Source: a virus (taxonomy: Duplodnaviria; Caudoviricetes). From it: a DNA stretch of 50,615 nt. Below, piece by piece: positions 1 to 9,073 of the stretch. Where the stretch lies: IMG/VR virus record IMGVR_UViG_3300048074_000056, positions 1-50,615 of that record. One strand, 5' to 3'. How positions within the stretch are numbered: position 1 is the first letter of the stretch; each line of letters starts with the position of its first letter. The translations under genes and the position numbers were made by a program. The notes under the pieces are model-generated. The model ran no database searches. It worked only from the letters and a program-made list of their open reading frames with translations, and was not told the origin of the DNA.

Positions 1-126
1 CGACGGCCCGAACGTTATATCGACTCGTCAACGTGGCCTAACCCCACGTAGATGCTCGGGAATCGGGCGAAATCTCGGGGGGGAGAGGGGGGGGTGTGCT
101 ATTCCGCTACCCACAGACCACCCCCC
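1..126. repeat. Terminal direct repeat / circular assembly overlap, left copy
   Basis: 1-126 is identical to 50461-50586. Confidence 0.95.
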
Positions 127-183
127 TCCCCCCCTCCTCCTACCCCTACCTAACCCCACGTCCCCACTAGGGATTATGGGCAC

Positions 184-212
184 TTGACGAACCAATGAAT
201 CGTTGCTACGGT
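184..212 (+). promoter_or_regulatory. Sigma70-type early promoter
   Basis: TTGACG (184-189), 17-bp spacer, TACGGT (207-212) with extended -10 TG; upstream of first + gene. Confidence 0.6.
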
Positions 213-294
213 GCATCATGCAGTCACTCGATGCGTCACGCTCAAGTCGAGCGCGCGATCGACCGAGAGACACACACAACTCGAGAGACACACA

Positions 295-675
295 ATGAGC
301 TCCACCGAACACGAGATTGAACGAGAGATCCTACGGCGAGCGCGCGCCATTTGGCTGCGCGCGCAAGCCATCGATGCCGCGGTGTTCCGGCGAACCGACG
401 GGACAGACAGTCACGACGTCTGCGACGCTCCGGACGACGCCGACCACGTCGACATCACCAGCTTGGCGGATGCGATCGCGTCCGCTGCGGCGTCTCGTGG
501 CCTGTTCGTCGTCGACGGATACGTGTTCGACGACGCCGGCCTCATAGACAACGCCGCCATTGTGTTCCGAGACGGCATGCTAGATGCCGTCTGCTCGACC
601 ACTGCACTGTGGGCATGGAAGCCGCTCGGGCGCGAAGTCATTCGCGAGCGCGCTCGGCGGCGTGCGGAGAAATAG
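295..675 (+). CDS. Hypothetical early protein
   Basis: ATG at 295 within ORF 211..675, downstream of the promoter. Confidence 0.65.
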   Translation: MSSTEHEIEREILRRARAIWLRAQAIDAAVFRRTDGTDSHDVCDAPDDADHVDITSLADAIASAAASRGLFVVDGYVFDDAGLIDNAAIVFRDGMLDAVCSTTALWAWKPLGREVIRERARRRAEK

Positions 676-677
676 AA

Positions 678-1262
678 GTGGAACGCATCAAAACGACCGA
701 CATGATCACGGCACTGGATCTGCGCGCAGAGGCGGCCGCCGCGCTCAAACACGGTGAAACGGTCTGGTACGAGCGATTGCCTTACGCATACGACCCCGCG
801 GTCACTGTCGAGACGGTCGTGATCGGCCAACCATCAATCGGTCGCGCCGGCCAAGCCGTCGACGGGGCCGTCGTATGGGGTTACGCCGCACCCGACGAAG
901 GCGGCATCATGCGGATCACCTTGGGTGATGACGGGATGGTGCTGCTCGATGGGTCGGAAGTGACGTGTGCTGTGTGCGCTGGCCGCGCGTCGGCCACGCG
1001 GCTCGAAGACCGCATCGCCGCCGCTCGCGCGTGCGTCGGCGCACACTTTCCGACCGGAAGCCACGTCAGATTCATGGGTGGCCCCACGATGATCCATGGC
1101 CGCGTGACCGGCGTCGGTGTCGCTGTGTTCGGCCGCACGAGCCGTCGTCACAGCGTGTGCCCGTGGGTCCGGATCGTGGATACCGAGGGAGTGTTACGTC
1201 AGGTGCGAATGGAGCACGTCAGCCGAGTCGACGGAGTGTGCCCACAAGCCCCGATTGACTGA
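678..1262 (+). CDS. Hypothetical early protein
   Basis: 3' part of ORF 351..1262; GTG 678 (or ATG 702) follows the previous stop. Confidence 0.6.
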   Translation: MERIKTTDMITALDLRAEAAAALKHGETVWYERLPYAYDPAVTVETVVIGQPSIGRAGQAVDGAVVWGYAAPDEGGIMRITLGDDGMVLLDGSEVTCAVCAGRASATRLEDRIAAARACVGAHFPTGSHVRFMGGPTMIHGRVTGVGVAVFGRTSRRHSVCPWVRIVDTEGVLRQVRMEHVSRVDGVCPQAPID

Positions 1263-1282
1263 TGGGTGCATCGGTGTATCAT
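1255..1282 (+). promoter_or_regulatory. Sigma70-type promoter
   Basis: TTGACT, 16-bp spacer, TATCAT upstream of the DUF932 gene. Confidence 0.5.
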
Positions 1283-1327
1283 CGCATCATCGCAACAACG
1301 CGCCCGAGAGGCGCATCGGAGAATCAT

Positions 1328-2275
1328 ATGCCCGCAAACGTTGACTCCATGGCATACGTCGGAGAGACCCCTTGGCATCGTGAGGGGACTCGCGTTCCCG
1401 CCGGGCTCGACACCCCCGCGATGGCCAACGCTGCCGGGATCGCTTGGCAGCCCATCCGGCTCCCGATCCACTGCGAGGGAAGGGAGATCGAGGGGAAGGT
1501 CGCGATCGCGCGCAGTGACACCCGGGCCGTGCTCGGAGTGGTCTCCGATGGGTACGGGCCGGTGGCGAACGTCGATGCCCTCGGGTGGGTCGACACCCTC
1601 GCACCCGAAGGGGTGCGGTGGGAGACGGCAGGCGCACTCGACGGCGGACGTCGAGTCTGGGGGCTCGCACGCATCCCCGGCGTCGGGAACGTCGAGCACG
1701 CCGACGGCCGTGTCGACGAACACCGCCGATATATGCTCGTGTCCACGTCGCACGACGGATCGGGCTCGGCTCGCATCCTGCCAACCCTCGTCCGCGTGGT
1801 GTGCGCGAACACCCTCTCCCAAGCTCACCGGGAAGGTCGGGGGACTGGCCTCACGGTGCGCCACACTCGCAACGTCGATGCGACCGCGAAAGCCGCAGTC
1901 ACGGCGCTTCGTGACTCAGTATCCGCAACCGCCACGCTGGCGGACGTGGCGCGCACCCTCGCTCGTCGGCCGTTCACCCGGTCAGACATGACCGATTTCG
2001 CCGTGACACTCGCGGATCGCGTGCTCGGTCCGCTGGAAGCCAAACCGACACCGCGTGCGATCACGATGCGGCAGGATCGCATCGACGTCCTCGTGCGGCT
2101 GTTCTCGCGCGGCGAGGGGAACCGCGGCGCAGACCGATACGATGCTCTGAACGCGGTCACGGAGTGGACGGACCATCATGCGCCTACCCGTGGCGGAACA
2201 GTGCGGATCGACTCCGCTACCTTCGGAGCACTCGCCGCGTGGAAGACGGCCGCGCTCGACCTCCTCACCGTATAG
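1328..2275 (+). CDS. DUF932 family phage/plasmid protein
   Basis: MAYVGETPWH, ETAGALDGGRRVW, STSHDGSG, RVVCANTL, LNAVTEWTDH motifs. Confidence 0.85.
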   Translation: MPANVDSMAYVGETPWHREGTRVPAGLDTPAMANAAGIAWQPIRLPIHCEGREIEGKVAIARSDTRAVLGVVSDGYGPVANVDALGWVDTLAPEGVRWETAGALDGGRRVWGLARIPGVGNVEHADGRVDEHRRYMLVSTSHDGSGSARILPTLVRVVCANTLSQAHREGRGTGLTVRHTRNVDATAKAAVTALRDSVSATATLADVARTLARRPFTRSDMTDFAVTLADRVLGPLEAKPTPRAITMRQDRIDVLVRLFSRGEGNRGADRYDALNAVTEWTDHHAPTRGGTVRIDSATFGALAAWKTAALDLLTV

Positions 2276-2282
2276 GTTCCTA

Positions 2283-2310
2283 GGATGGGGCAGGCCGTCC
2301 TGCCCCATCC
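2283..2310 (+). terminator. Perfect 12-bp hairpin after DUF932 (terminator or processing site)
   Basis: GGATGGGGCAGG-ccgt-CCTGCCCCATCC; no clear U tract. Confidence 0.5.
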
Positions 2311-2336
2311 GTTGAACCCATACCGTAAGGCACCCC

Positions 2337-2753
2337 ATGCACCCCAATCCGATCGACGCCTTGGCTGCGCACGTCGCGCAGCGACCCGCCCCCCTCGCCA
2401 GCATCGGCGCGCACGTCGACGTCTGGCGATCCCTCTACCGTGCGAGCGTGCTCGCACAATCGGCCGGTGACGACCCTATCGAAGTGGAGGCAGCGTGCGA
2501 GGCGATAGCCGACACGCTCGCTCGATCGGCCACGCGGTGGGGACTACGCGAGCCTACCCCTACCCTACTCGCCGCTGCCGGCCGCCACTTGCTCGCGCGC
2601 CTCACCGATGCACCGCCCCCACCCGCCCCCACGTTGCCCCCGGTCTCGCCCCCGCCGTCGGCCGACGGCGGCTCCCGGATCGTGCGGCCCGATACCGCTC
2701 CCCGCCCCCCGCTCCCGGGTGGCGGAATCCGCATCCCCGAACCCGTGTTCTAA
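2337..2753 (+). CDS. Hypothetical protein with Pro-rich C-terminus
   Basis: ORF with AAGG RBS. Confidence 0.65.
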   Translation: MHPNPIDALAAHVAQRPAPLASIGAHVDVWRSLYRASVLAQSAGDDPIEVEAACEAIADTLARSATRWGLREPTPTLLAAAGRHLLARLTDAPPPPAPTLPPVSPPPSADGGSRIVRPDTAPRPPLPGGGIRIPEPVF

Positions 2754-2833
2754 TGATGGATCTATACTGCGTAGTAGATGTAGGGTTCGTTCTGGCCCTA
2801 CTCGTAGCCTTGGCTTGGCTCAAGTTTTCATAA
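2753..2833 (+). CDS. Small membrane peptide, 26 aa
   Basis: MMDLYCVVDVGFVLALLVALAWLKFS; ATG overlaps upstream TAA. Confidence 0.45.
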   Translation: MMDLYCVVDVGFVLALLVALAWLKFS

Positions 2834-2852
2834 CCAAAACAAGAGGCACCCT

Positions 2853-3092
2853 ATGCACTCCGAGCAGACTCGCACCCTGATTGCCGCCTATCGTACCCGC
2901 ACCCGTGCGGGCGACGACCACTCGGCCGCGCTCGACCACGCGCTCGACGCCATGCTTGCGGAGTGGCGTCGGATCGACCCCGCGCGATTCCGCCGAGCCT
3001 ACACCCGCGCTCGCTACATACCCGCGGGCGACCCGGACGTTGCCCGACTACTGCGGGCGTTCGAGCGCGCGCTTGAAGTAGCCCCGCAATGA
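2853..3092 (+). CDS. Hypothetical protein
   Basis: GAGG RBS; ATGA overlap with next gene. Confidence 0.65.
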   Translation: MHSEQTRTLIAAYRTRTRAGDDHSAALDHALDAMLAEWRRIDPARFRRAYTRARYIPAGDPDVARLLRAFERALEVAPQ

Positions 3093-3544
3093 GCCCGGCT
3101 AGCCGTATCCGGGAAGCGACTATCCACTACCGAGGCCGACCCCGCTCGGCTTCGATCGGTGGCCCGTACGACCTAGCCCGGTTCGTGCGAGGGGTCGTGA
3201 CCGACCACGCCCGCGAGCACATAGTGTGCGTGTGGGCGGACGGTCGTCGGGTGCCGATCGGCTGGCATCTAGTCGGGGTTGGGACGGCAACCGAGGCGTT
3301 GGTTGCGCCCCGCGAGGTGTATCAATCCCCGCTCATGGCCGGGGCTGTGTCCATCATGCTGGCCCATACCCACCCGACCGGCGACATAAGCCCCTCGCAA
3401 GAGGACTACGGAGTTACCCTGCGCCTGATCGAAGCGGGGCGCATCCTCGGGATACCGCTCGAAGATCATGTAGTGGTATCACTCTATAACCAAAGCTGTG
3501 TTTCGATCCGCGAGGCCAACCCGAGCCTATGGGCGAAGGTATGA
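3089..3544 (+). CDS. radC: RadC-like JAB domain protein
   Basis: PREV...AHTHPTGDISPSQED JAMM-type HxH...S..D motif. Confidence 0.85.
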   Translation: MSPASRIREATIHYRGRPRSASIGGPYDLARFVRGVVTDHAREHIVCVWADGRRVPIGWHLVGVGTATEALVAPREVYQSPLMAGAVSIMLAHTHPTGDISPSQEDYGVTLRLIEAGRILGIPLEDHVVVSLYNQSCVSIREANPSLWAKV

Positions 3545-4245
3545 CGAGCCTCGCTCTCGCCGTCGCGTCCACCCGAAACGCCAAACTCGGCCCCTTCGTA
3601 TCGGCCACCTATGCCCACATCGGTTCGACGTGCCCCCGCGCCTGCCCCCTGCGGGATGCCGGCTGCTATGCCCAACAGGGTCACATGGCAGCACACCAGA
3701 AACGACTAGCGCCCCCGCACCCACTCCCCGATCGCGCCGCCCCCCTTGTCGCCGCCCGCGCCGAAGCGGCCGCCATCCTGCGGTTGCCCCGCGTCGGCCA
3801 GCCCCTCCGCCTGCACGTCTCGGGTGACTGTCGAACACCCGCGGCCGCTCGCACCCTCGCCGCAGCGGTAGCCGAGTGGCAAGCGGGTGGGGGTGGCCCC
3901 GCGTGGACCTACACCCACGCATGGCGCACGGTCCCCGCGGCCGCGTGGGGGAGCATCTACGCTCACGCCTCAATCGAACATCCCCAAGACGTCGCCCGCA
4001 CCGTCGCCCGCGGATACTCCGCCGCCCTTGTGGTGGCCGACCACCCCTCCGGCCATACAGCCCTCGCAGCCGTCGGGGCGAAGGGGGTGGCCTGCCCCGC
4101 CCAGACTCACCCCGCCGCCACCTGCTCGACGTGCCGGCTTTGCTTCGATGGAAACAAAGTTTGGGGTGCGGGGTCTGTGATTATGTTTGCTGCCCACGGT
4201 TCCCAGTCCCACCGGGTCCGCACCACCCTCGCAACCCTCGCCTAG
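3541..4245 (+). CDS. Phage GP88-like Cys-rich protein
   Basis: TCPRACP...GCYA, RLHVSGD, WTYTH, CPAQ...TCSTCRLC. Confidence 0.65.
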   Translation: MTSLALAVASTRNAKLGPFVSATYAHIGSTCPRACPLRDAGCYAQQGHMAAHQKRLAPPHPLPDRAAPLVAARAEAAAILRLPRVGQPLRLHVSGDCRTPAAARTLAAAVAEWQAGGGGPAWTYTHAWRTVPAAAWGSIYAHASIEHPQDVARTVARGYSAALVVADHPSGHTALAAVGAKGVACPAQTHPAATCSTCRLCFDGNKVWGAGSVIMFAAHGSQSHRVRTTLATLA

Positions 4246-4257
4246 GAGCTTTGCCAC

Positions 4258-4485
4258 GTGCCCACCCACCGATCCGACGGCTCATGTTGCCCCCGCACCA
4301 TTCTCCACCTGAAGGGCCCCCGCAGCGGTCTCCCCGCCAACCTGAGGCGACTGGTGAGCCCCATCGTCGCCGTCCACACGTTCGGTCGCCGCAACCAGCC
4401 CTACGCCTACACTCTTGAGTTACCCGGCGGGAACTACATGCGAGTCCCCGCCCTGTATTTCGTCCCCGCCGACCCCGCCCCTTGA
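4258..4485 (+). CDS. Hypothetical protein
   Basis: AGGAG upstream of GTG; fills the operon gap. Confidence 0.45.
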   Translation: MPTHRSDGSCCPRTILHLKGPRSGLPANLRRLVSPIVAVHTFGRRNQPYAYTLELPGGNYMRVPALYFVPADPAP

Positions 4486-4538
4486 CGACCCCCGCAGCGG
4501 TATGTATCTCCCACCCTCTCAACTAGGAGCACCCCACC

Positions 4539-5309
4539 ATGGCGATTCCCACATTCGACCCGATCCCCCGCGGCGGTCTGGGGGTCCGAGCCACCCTCAC
4601 CGGCCTCATTCAGGGGCCCCCCATGACCGGAAAGACTACCTTCATGGGAACATGGCCCGATCCCGGGTTCATCCACTTCGACCCCAACACCCCCGTCGTT
4701 GCCAACCAACTCGGCCCCGTCGTCGTGGTGGAGTCGTGGCCTCACTTCCGCGACCACATCGTCCCCGCCATCGTCTCGGGACGGTGGAAGGGGGTTCGCA
4801 CCGTGTGCGTGGACTCCCTCACCTACGCCTGTCGGATGTCGGATGAGGCGGCCGGCGTCCGGGGGAAGGCCAGCGAGGGGGCTGCCTACACCCTCTCCCG
4901 CATCGAGTTTTCGCAGGCCATGCAGCGACTGTTGACGGTGGCCCGGTTCCCATCGGTTCCCGCCCCCGCCCACGTCCTCTGTTCGGTCCACGAGACTGAG
5001 AAGACTGACCGGGACGGATCAGTTCGGGATATCGTGCCCGCCGTCACCGGCCAACTCAAGGACCAACTGGCGGGATGGTTCGACTTCGTGTTTCTTGCAT
5101 CCCTGCGCATCGTCAACCGGCAGGTGGGAACCCGGATCGAGCGGGTGGCCGAACGCTACCTCTCAACCATCCCGGTAGACACCATGCGTCCCTACATTGC
5201 CGACCGGGTCGGGGGCAAGCTGTTTCCCGGCACTCTCCCCGCGGAGGTGTCCCCGCCCACCTACCAACGACTTGCCGAGCTGTGGGAGATCCCCTCAACT
5301 CACCCCTAA
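4539..5309 (+). CDS. AAA_24 / Sak4-like P-loop ATPase (single-strand annealing recombinase)
   Basis: Walker A GPPMTGKTT, Walker B VCVDSLT, WFDFVF; adjacent to a putative SSB. Confidence 0.8.
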   Translation: MAIPTFDPIPRGGLGVRATLTGLIQGPPMTGKTTFMGTWPDPGFIHFDPNTPVVANQLGPVVVVESWPHFRDHIVPAIVSGRWKGVRTVCVDSLTYACRMSDEAAGVRGKASEGAAYTLSRIEFSQAMQRLLTVARFPSVPAPAHVLCSVHETEKTDRDGSVRDIVPAVTGQLKDQLAGWFDFVFLASLRIVNRQVGTRIERVAERYLSTIPVDTMRPYIADRVGGKLFPGTLPAEVSPPTYQRLAELWEIPSTHP

Positions 5310-5400
5310 CCCCGTCCGATGGAACCACCGACTGGTCGGCGGCATCCATCCATCGCAAGCCCACCCGGGCACCCAACCACCAACAGGATAGGAAACACCC

Positions 5401-5823
5401 ATGAGCATCATTCAGTGGACCACCGACGACGAAACCCGGCCGGAGTTCACCTCCGGCACCCACATCGGCAAGCTCATCTCTGTGATGAGCGAACCGCCCA
5501 AGAAGCCGAACGACGACCGGGGTCAGCCGAACCCCAACAACCTCGTCTGGCGAGTGGTGGGGAAGGACTCCATCACAAACGACACCTGCTACGTCACCGC
5601 ATGGAACCCGCTCCGTCCCAAGTCGGGCGGCATGAAGAAGAATGGTGAGTGGCTGCGCGCGCTGGGGATCGACCCGGCGAAGGGCATCACGTTCACCGAC
5701 ACCGATCAGCCGGGTATCTCCGAGATCAAGGAGCTTGCCAACCTCGACATCCAGTTCACCATCGAGCTGGAAACCAAGGACGGTGAGACTCGGGCTCGCC
5801 TCAAGAACATCACAGTCGCCTAA
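5401..5823 (+). CDS. Putative single-stranded DNA-binding protein (DUF669-like)
   Basis: Position after Sak4-like gene, beta-rich 140 aa; mainly synteny. Confidence 0.5.
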   Translation: MSIIQWTTDDETRPEFTSGTHIGKLISVMSEPPKKPNDDRGQPNPNNLVWRVVGKDSITNDTCYVTAWNPLRPKSGGMKKNGEWLRALGIDPAKGITFTDTDQPGISEIKELANLDIQFTIELETKDGETRARLKNITVA

Positions 5824-5831
5824 CCCGGTTC

Positions 5832-5858
5832 GGGGTGGGGGGATTACTCCCCCACCCC
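5832..5858 (+). terminator. GC-rich intergenic hairpin
   Basis: GGGGTGGGGG...CCCCCACCCC inverted repeat. Confidence 0.4.
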
Positions 5859-5880
5859 ACCCCACCCAAAGGAACCCCTC

Positions 5881-6150
5881 ATGAGCATCAACGTCAACGG
5901 CCTCACCAAACTCCCGTTCCGGGTCCTCAGCGGCGACGGGAACGAGGTGGCTGGCACCGAAACCCTCAAGGCAGCCGAAGCCTACATTCGGACCGAGGCC
6001 CCCAACGGCACCTACCACATCATCAAGGTGATCCGCGCCTTCCTGAACGTGGAGACGGTGACCAAGCGACAGGTGGGTGGTGGTGAGCCCACCACGAGCC
6101 GCACCCGCACCCGCCCGGCCACCTTCGACCCCGACGCAGGCTCCGTCTGA
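5881..6150 (+). CDS. Hypothetical protein
   Basis: AAGGAA RBS; codon style like neighbours. Confidence 0.7.
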   Translation: MSINVNGLTKLPFRVLSGDGNEVAGTETLKAAEAYIRTEAPNGTYHIIKVIRAFLNVETVTKRQVGGGEPTTSRTRTRPATFDPDAGSV

Positions 6151-6563
6151 TGGGCTGCTGTGTGAACCGCAGTCAACTCCTGCCCCTCATCGAAGAGCGA
6201 GTGTCTCGCGACGCCATCGCTCACCTGTCCGAAGCCATGACGGTGGAGCCCCTCGGCCACCGTCTCATCGTGGTGTGTGAGGTGACCCCCGAAACCACGG
6301 CGGGTGGCCTCATCAGGGCGGACGCCGGTCAACGGCTGTCGGCGGGATGGGTGGTAAGCTGCGGCGAAGATGTGGGTACCCCCTCCCGATTCCCCGGCGG
6401 GTGGCACCTCCCCGCCGACCAACTGCTCGGACGTCGGGTCATCTTCTCCCAGTATGGGGGAGCCCCCCTCGTGCTAGGGGACCGGGACCGCCCTTACGAT
6501 GCCGATTACCGCATCCTCAACGACTGCGATTTGTGGGCCGTCGTAAACGAGCCCACGGAGTGA
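6150..6563 (+). CDS. groES: Co-chaperonin GroES-like protein
   Basis: EPLGHRLIV, ETTAGGLI mobile loop, RVIFSQYGG, YRILNDCDLWAVV. Confidence 0.85.
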   Translation: MGCCVNRSQLLPLIEERVSRDAIAHLSEAMTVEPLGHRLIVVCEVTPETTAGGLIRADAGQRLSAGWVVSCGEDVGTPSRFPGGWHLPADQLLGRRVIFSQYGGAPLVLGDRDRPYDADYRILNDCDLWAVVNEPTE

Positions 6564-6567
6564 CCCC

Positions 6568-6768
6568 ATGACTACCAAACTCGCCCCCAGTCATCACCGC
6601 TTCATCACGTTCTACGTTCACCCCAACCACCACCGACGAGTGAAGGCAGCCGCCCGCAAGCACAAGCTCAGCTTGTCGGCCTACGTCCGCAACCTCATCC
6701 TCCACGACATCGGGCTCGACGCCTCAGAAGACTACCGCCACATCAAGCGACGGCGGGCAGTCCGATGA
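6568..6768 (+). CDS. Ribbon-helix-helix-like DNA-binding protein
   Basis: FITFYV...VKAAARKHKLSLSAYVRNLI pattern. Confidence 0.6.
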   Translation: MTTKLAPSHHRFITFYVHPNHHRRVKAAARKHKLSLSAYVRNLILHDIGLDASEDYRHIKRRRAVR

Positions 6769-7289
6769 GCCTGCGGGATGGGCCGGCCCCCTCCAACCCT
6801 TCTCAGCCGTGGGGTGTCGTCGGTAAGCGTCCTCCCACCTGTGAAGGGTGCCCGGCCCATCCCACCAGCCTCGGGTGGGTACCACCCATCGGCCCCACCA
6901 CCGCCACCATCGCCCTCATCGGGCAGGGCCCGGGACGTGAAGAAGCCTACGAGTCGATCCCCTTCGTGGGAGCGTCGGGCCGGATGCTCGATCGCTGGTT
7001 GATGCACGCCGGCCTCTCTCGCGAAGCACTCCACATTACCAACACCGTCTGGTGTCACCTACCGGGAAACCGCCCCCCTACCCTCACCGAAACTACCCAC
7101 TGCTGGGATCACCACGTTGGCCCCACCCTCCACTCCCTCCCCAACCTGCGGGTGGTGGTGCCGGTCGGCATCGCCGCCCAGCGTCTCCTGTTGTGGAGTG
7201 AGGGGCCGGGGGAGCGGTTGGTGGGTGGGGTGTACCGGGTGAGGCTCCCGGCCGTCCCTCTATATCCCAACTCTCCCGCCACTCTTTAG
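6765..7289 (+). CDS. Uracil-DNA glycosylase family 4-like, N-terminal fragment (split polymerase piece 1)
   Basis: CEGCP, GQGPGREE, PFVGASG, ITNTVWC..P.NRPP; C-terminal HP motif absent. Confidence 0.85.
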   Translation: MSLRDGPAPSNPSQPWGVVGKRPPTCEGCPAHPTSLGWVPPIGPTTATIALIGQGPGREEAYESIPFVGASGRMLDRWLMHAGLSREALHITNTVWCHLPGNRPPTLTETTHCWDHHVGPTLHSLPNLRVVVPVGIAAQRLLLWSEGPGERLVGGVYRVRLPAVPLYPNSPATL

Positions 7290-7300
7290 GAGCCAACCCG

Positions 7301-7498
7301 ATGCTTGAGTTCATCCTTGGTTGTTGTGTGGGATACTTCGCCCTCGAATTACTCGGCAGCCTGTTCTATGTCCCAAACGTCAACCCCCAACCATACGACG
7401 GCCGTTGTCGGGGGTGCGGAATCCCGCTCACCGATGAATCGGTGACGGAACTCTACTATCACGAGAAGTGTCACCCGTATGGGAGACACCTCAAGTGA
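7301..7498 (+). CDS. Small membrane protein with CxxC
   Basis: N-terminal hydrophobic segment, CRGC; AGGAG RBS. Confidence 0.6.
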   Translation: MLEFILGCCVGYFALELLGSLFYVPNVNPQPYDGRCRGCGIPLTDESVTELYYHEKCHPYGRHLK

Positions 7499-7719
7499 AC
7501 GTCATCATCCGAGCTACCTGCAACCAGTGTGAGACCGTCCTAACCACCATCGAGTACCCGGTTAGCTACCTCGAACTCACCACAAACTACGAATGCGACC
7601 TCACGGTGCGTGACCCCGACGCGGGGAGGCGTGACCCCGACGACGAAATCTGTCTGACCCTCGTAACCCTCAAACTCTGCAAAGAGTGTATCGGTGGAGG
7701 AAAAGCCTGTGCGCACTGA
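7495..7719 (+). CDS. Small Zn-finger-like protein
   Basis: CNQC...CKEC; GTGA overlap with upstream stop. Confidence 0.55.
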   Translation: MNVIIRATCNQCETVLTTIEYPVSYLELTTNYECDLTVRDPDAGRRDPDDEICLTLVTLKLCKECIGGGKACAH

Positions 7720-7942
7720 CGACCCCAACACTCGCCTACCCTTCTACTCACCGCCCGAGGAAGCCGCAACCGACGTGGTGAGTTTGGATCAACCTGCCGG
7801 ACAGGCTCTTGCGGTCGCCCTCGCGGGGTGTGGCCTCACCGCTACGGGTATCCGCGAAACCATGGAGTACGCAGGGCTCGTCCTACGGTGCGAAAGACAT
7901 GACGCCACCCATGGACGACGACGGCTGTGGCCCGACTTCTGA
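7694..7942 (+). CDS. Hypothetical protein
   Basis: ORF tiles the operon; start uncertain. Confidence 0.45.
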   Translation: MEEKPVRTDDPNTRLPFYSPPEEAATDVVSLDQPAGQALAVALAGCGLTATGIRETMEYAGLVLRCERHDATHGRRRLWPDF

Positions 7943-8079
7943 CCACTCGATGGGTGCGGGGGGTGGCCGTCCACGACGTGGGGAGCCGCCTCGTCGTCGA
8001 GATGCTACAACGGGGCAGCCACCGAACAATGGAACCGTGCCACCGCCCCCGGTGTCACACCCTTCCGAAAGGAGACGCC

Positions 8080-8229
8080 ATGCAACCCCTCAAGCCGCCC
8101 ACCTTCACTGAAGCCGCCATCCGATGGTGGGCAGAGAATCTGGTGGCGGTCGTCGTTCCCCTCACCCTCGTCGTGAGTGTGGGGGTGATGGTGGCCGCTT
8201 TCTGGTGCTTCGCGGCCCGTCCCCTCTAA
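8080..8229 (+). CDS. Small membrane protein
   Basis: AAGGAG RBS, MQPLKPP start, long hydrophobic segment. Confidence 0.6.
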   Translation: MQPLKPPTFTEAAIRWWAENLVAVVVPLTLVVSVGVMVAAFWCFAARPL

Positions 8230-8255
8230 CCACCCATCACCGTTTGGAGCACCCC

Positions 8256-8708
8256 ATGCCCACACCCACCGACAACGCTATCCGACTCCTTCGCGACCTC
8301 GAAGAGGTTGGAGTCCGCCCGACATCCTTCGAGTTCAGACCCAGAACTAACAGAGTGGCACTGATTTTCTGGCAAACTGACTACAACGACCACGACTTGA
8401 CCACCATCAAGCGGCTGTTCGGACCCTTCGAGGTTCAGATTGTGGGAGAGAACTGTTGGCTCACCCGGGCTTTCGTCCACCCCGACTACGATCTCACCAT
8501 CGACGCAACCCTGTTCGGTGCCCTCACCTGTGAGATCACCTCAACCGAAGTGGTCACGGAACGAATCACCGACGCCGACCGACTCGACATGCACAACAAG
8601 ATCCAAGACTTGCAGGAAGCTCTCAGGGTGGGAGTACGGAACCGCGCCGTCCACACCTACGACTGCAAGCCCACCCCCACCCCTTTCACCAAGGAGTCCC
8701 CCCAATGA
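8256..8708 (+). CDS. Hypothetical protein
   Basis: GGAG RBS; 3' part of ORF 8124..8708. Confidence 0.7.
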   Translation: MPTPTDNAIRLLRDLEEVGVRPTSFEFRPRTNRVALIFWQTDYNDHDLTTIKRLFGPFEVQIVGENCWLTRAFVHPDYDLTIDATLFGALTCEITSTEVVTERITDADRLDMHNKIQDLQEALRVGVRNRAVHTYDCKPTPTPFTKESPQ

Positions 8709-9073
8709 TCCCTCGACTCACCATCAAGCGACTCGGGCAGTCGACGATGTGTCTTCGGTGTGATGGCGTCGGTGCGTTGGAGGTGGAGCTGTCCGCCGTC
8801 GGTCCCTGCTACGACGGCCCGCCCACAGAGGTGGTTCACTGCGATGACTGTAATGCGCATGGGGCCGTCTGGGTGGACGATCTAGAGTGCGAGTGGTGCT
8901 CCGCGACGCCGCTCTACCTCGTCACGGACGAGCGATGCGCCCACACGACCGAGCACTACACCTGCTCAGCCCACCTCTACGACGAGCTGCCCGAGCCCGT
9001 CGCTGAGTGGCTCGGAATCGCCGAGTCCACCGACGAACAGATGGCCACGAGCCTCACGGAGGCCCGACGATGA
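8705..9073 (+). CDS. Cys-rich Zn-finger-like protein
   Basis: CLRCDGVG, CDDCNAHG, CEWC. Confidence 0.65.
   Translation: MIPRLTIKRLGQSTMCLRCDGVGALEVELSAVGPCYDGPPTEVVHCDDCNAHGAVWVDDLECEWCSATPLYLVTDERCAHTTEHYTCSAHLYDELPEPVAEWLGIAESTDEQMATSLTEARR

Noticed and set aside
4482-4510. Promoter upstream of the Sak4-like gene
   Set aside because: TTGACG is present but the -10 at 17-bp spacing (TATCTC) is weak, so I did not call it.
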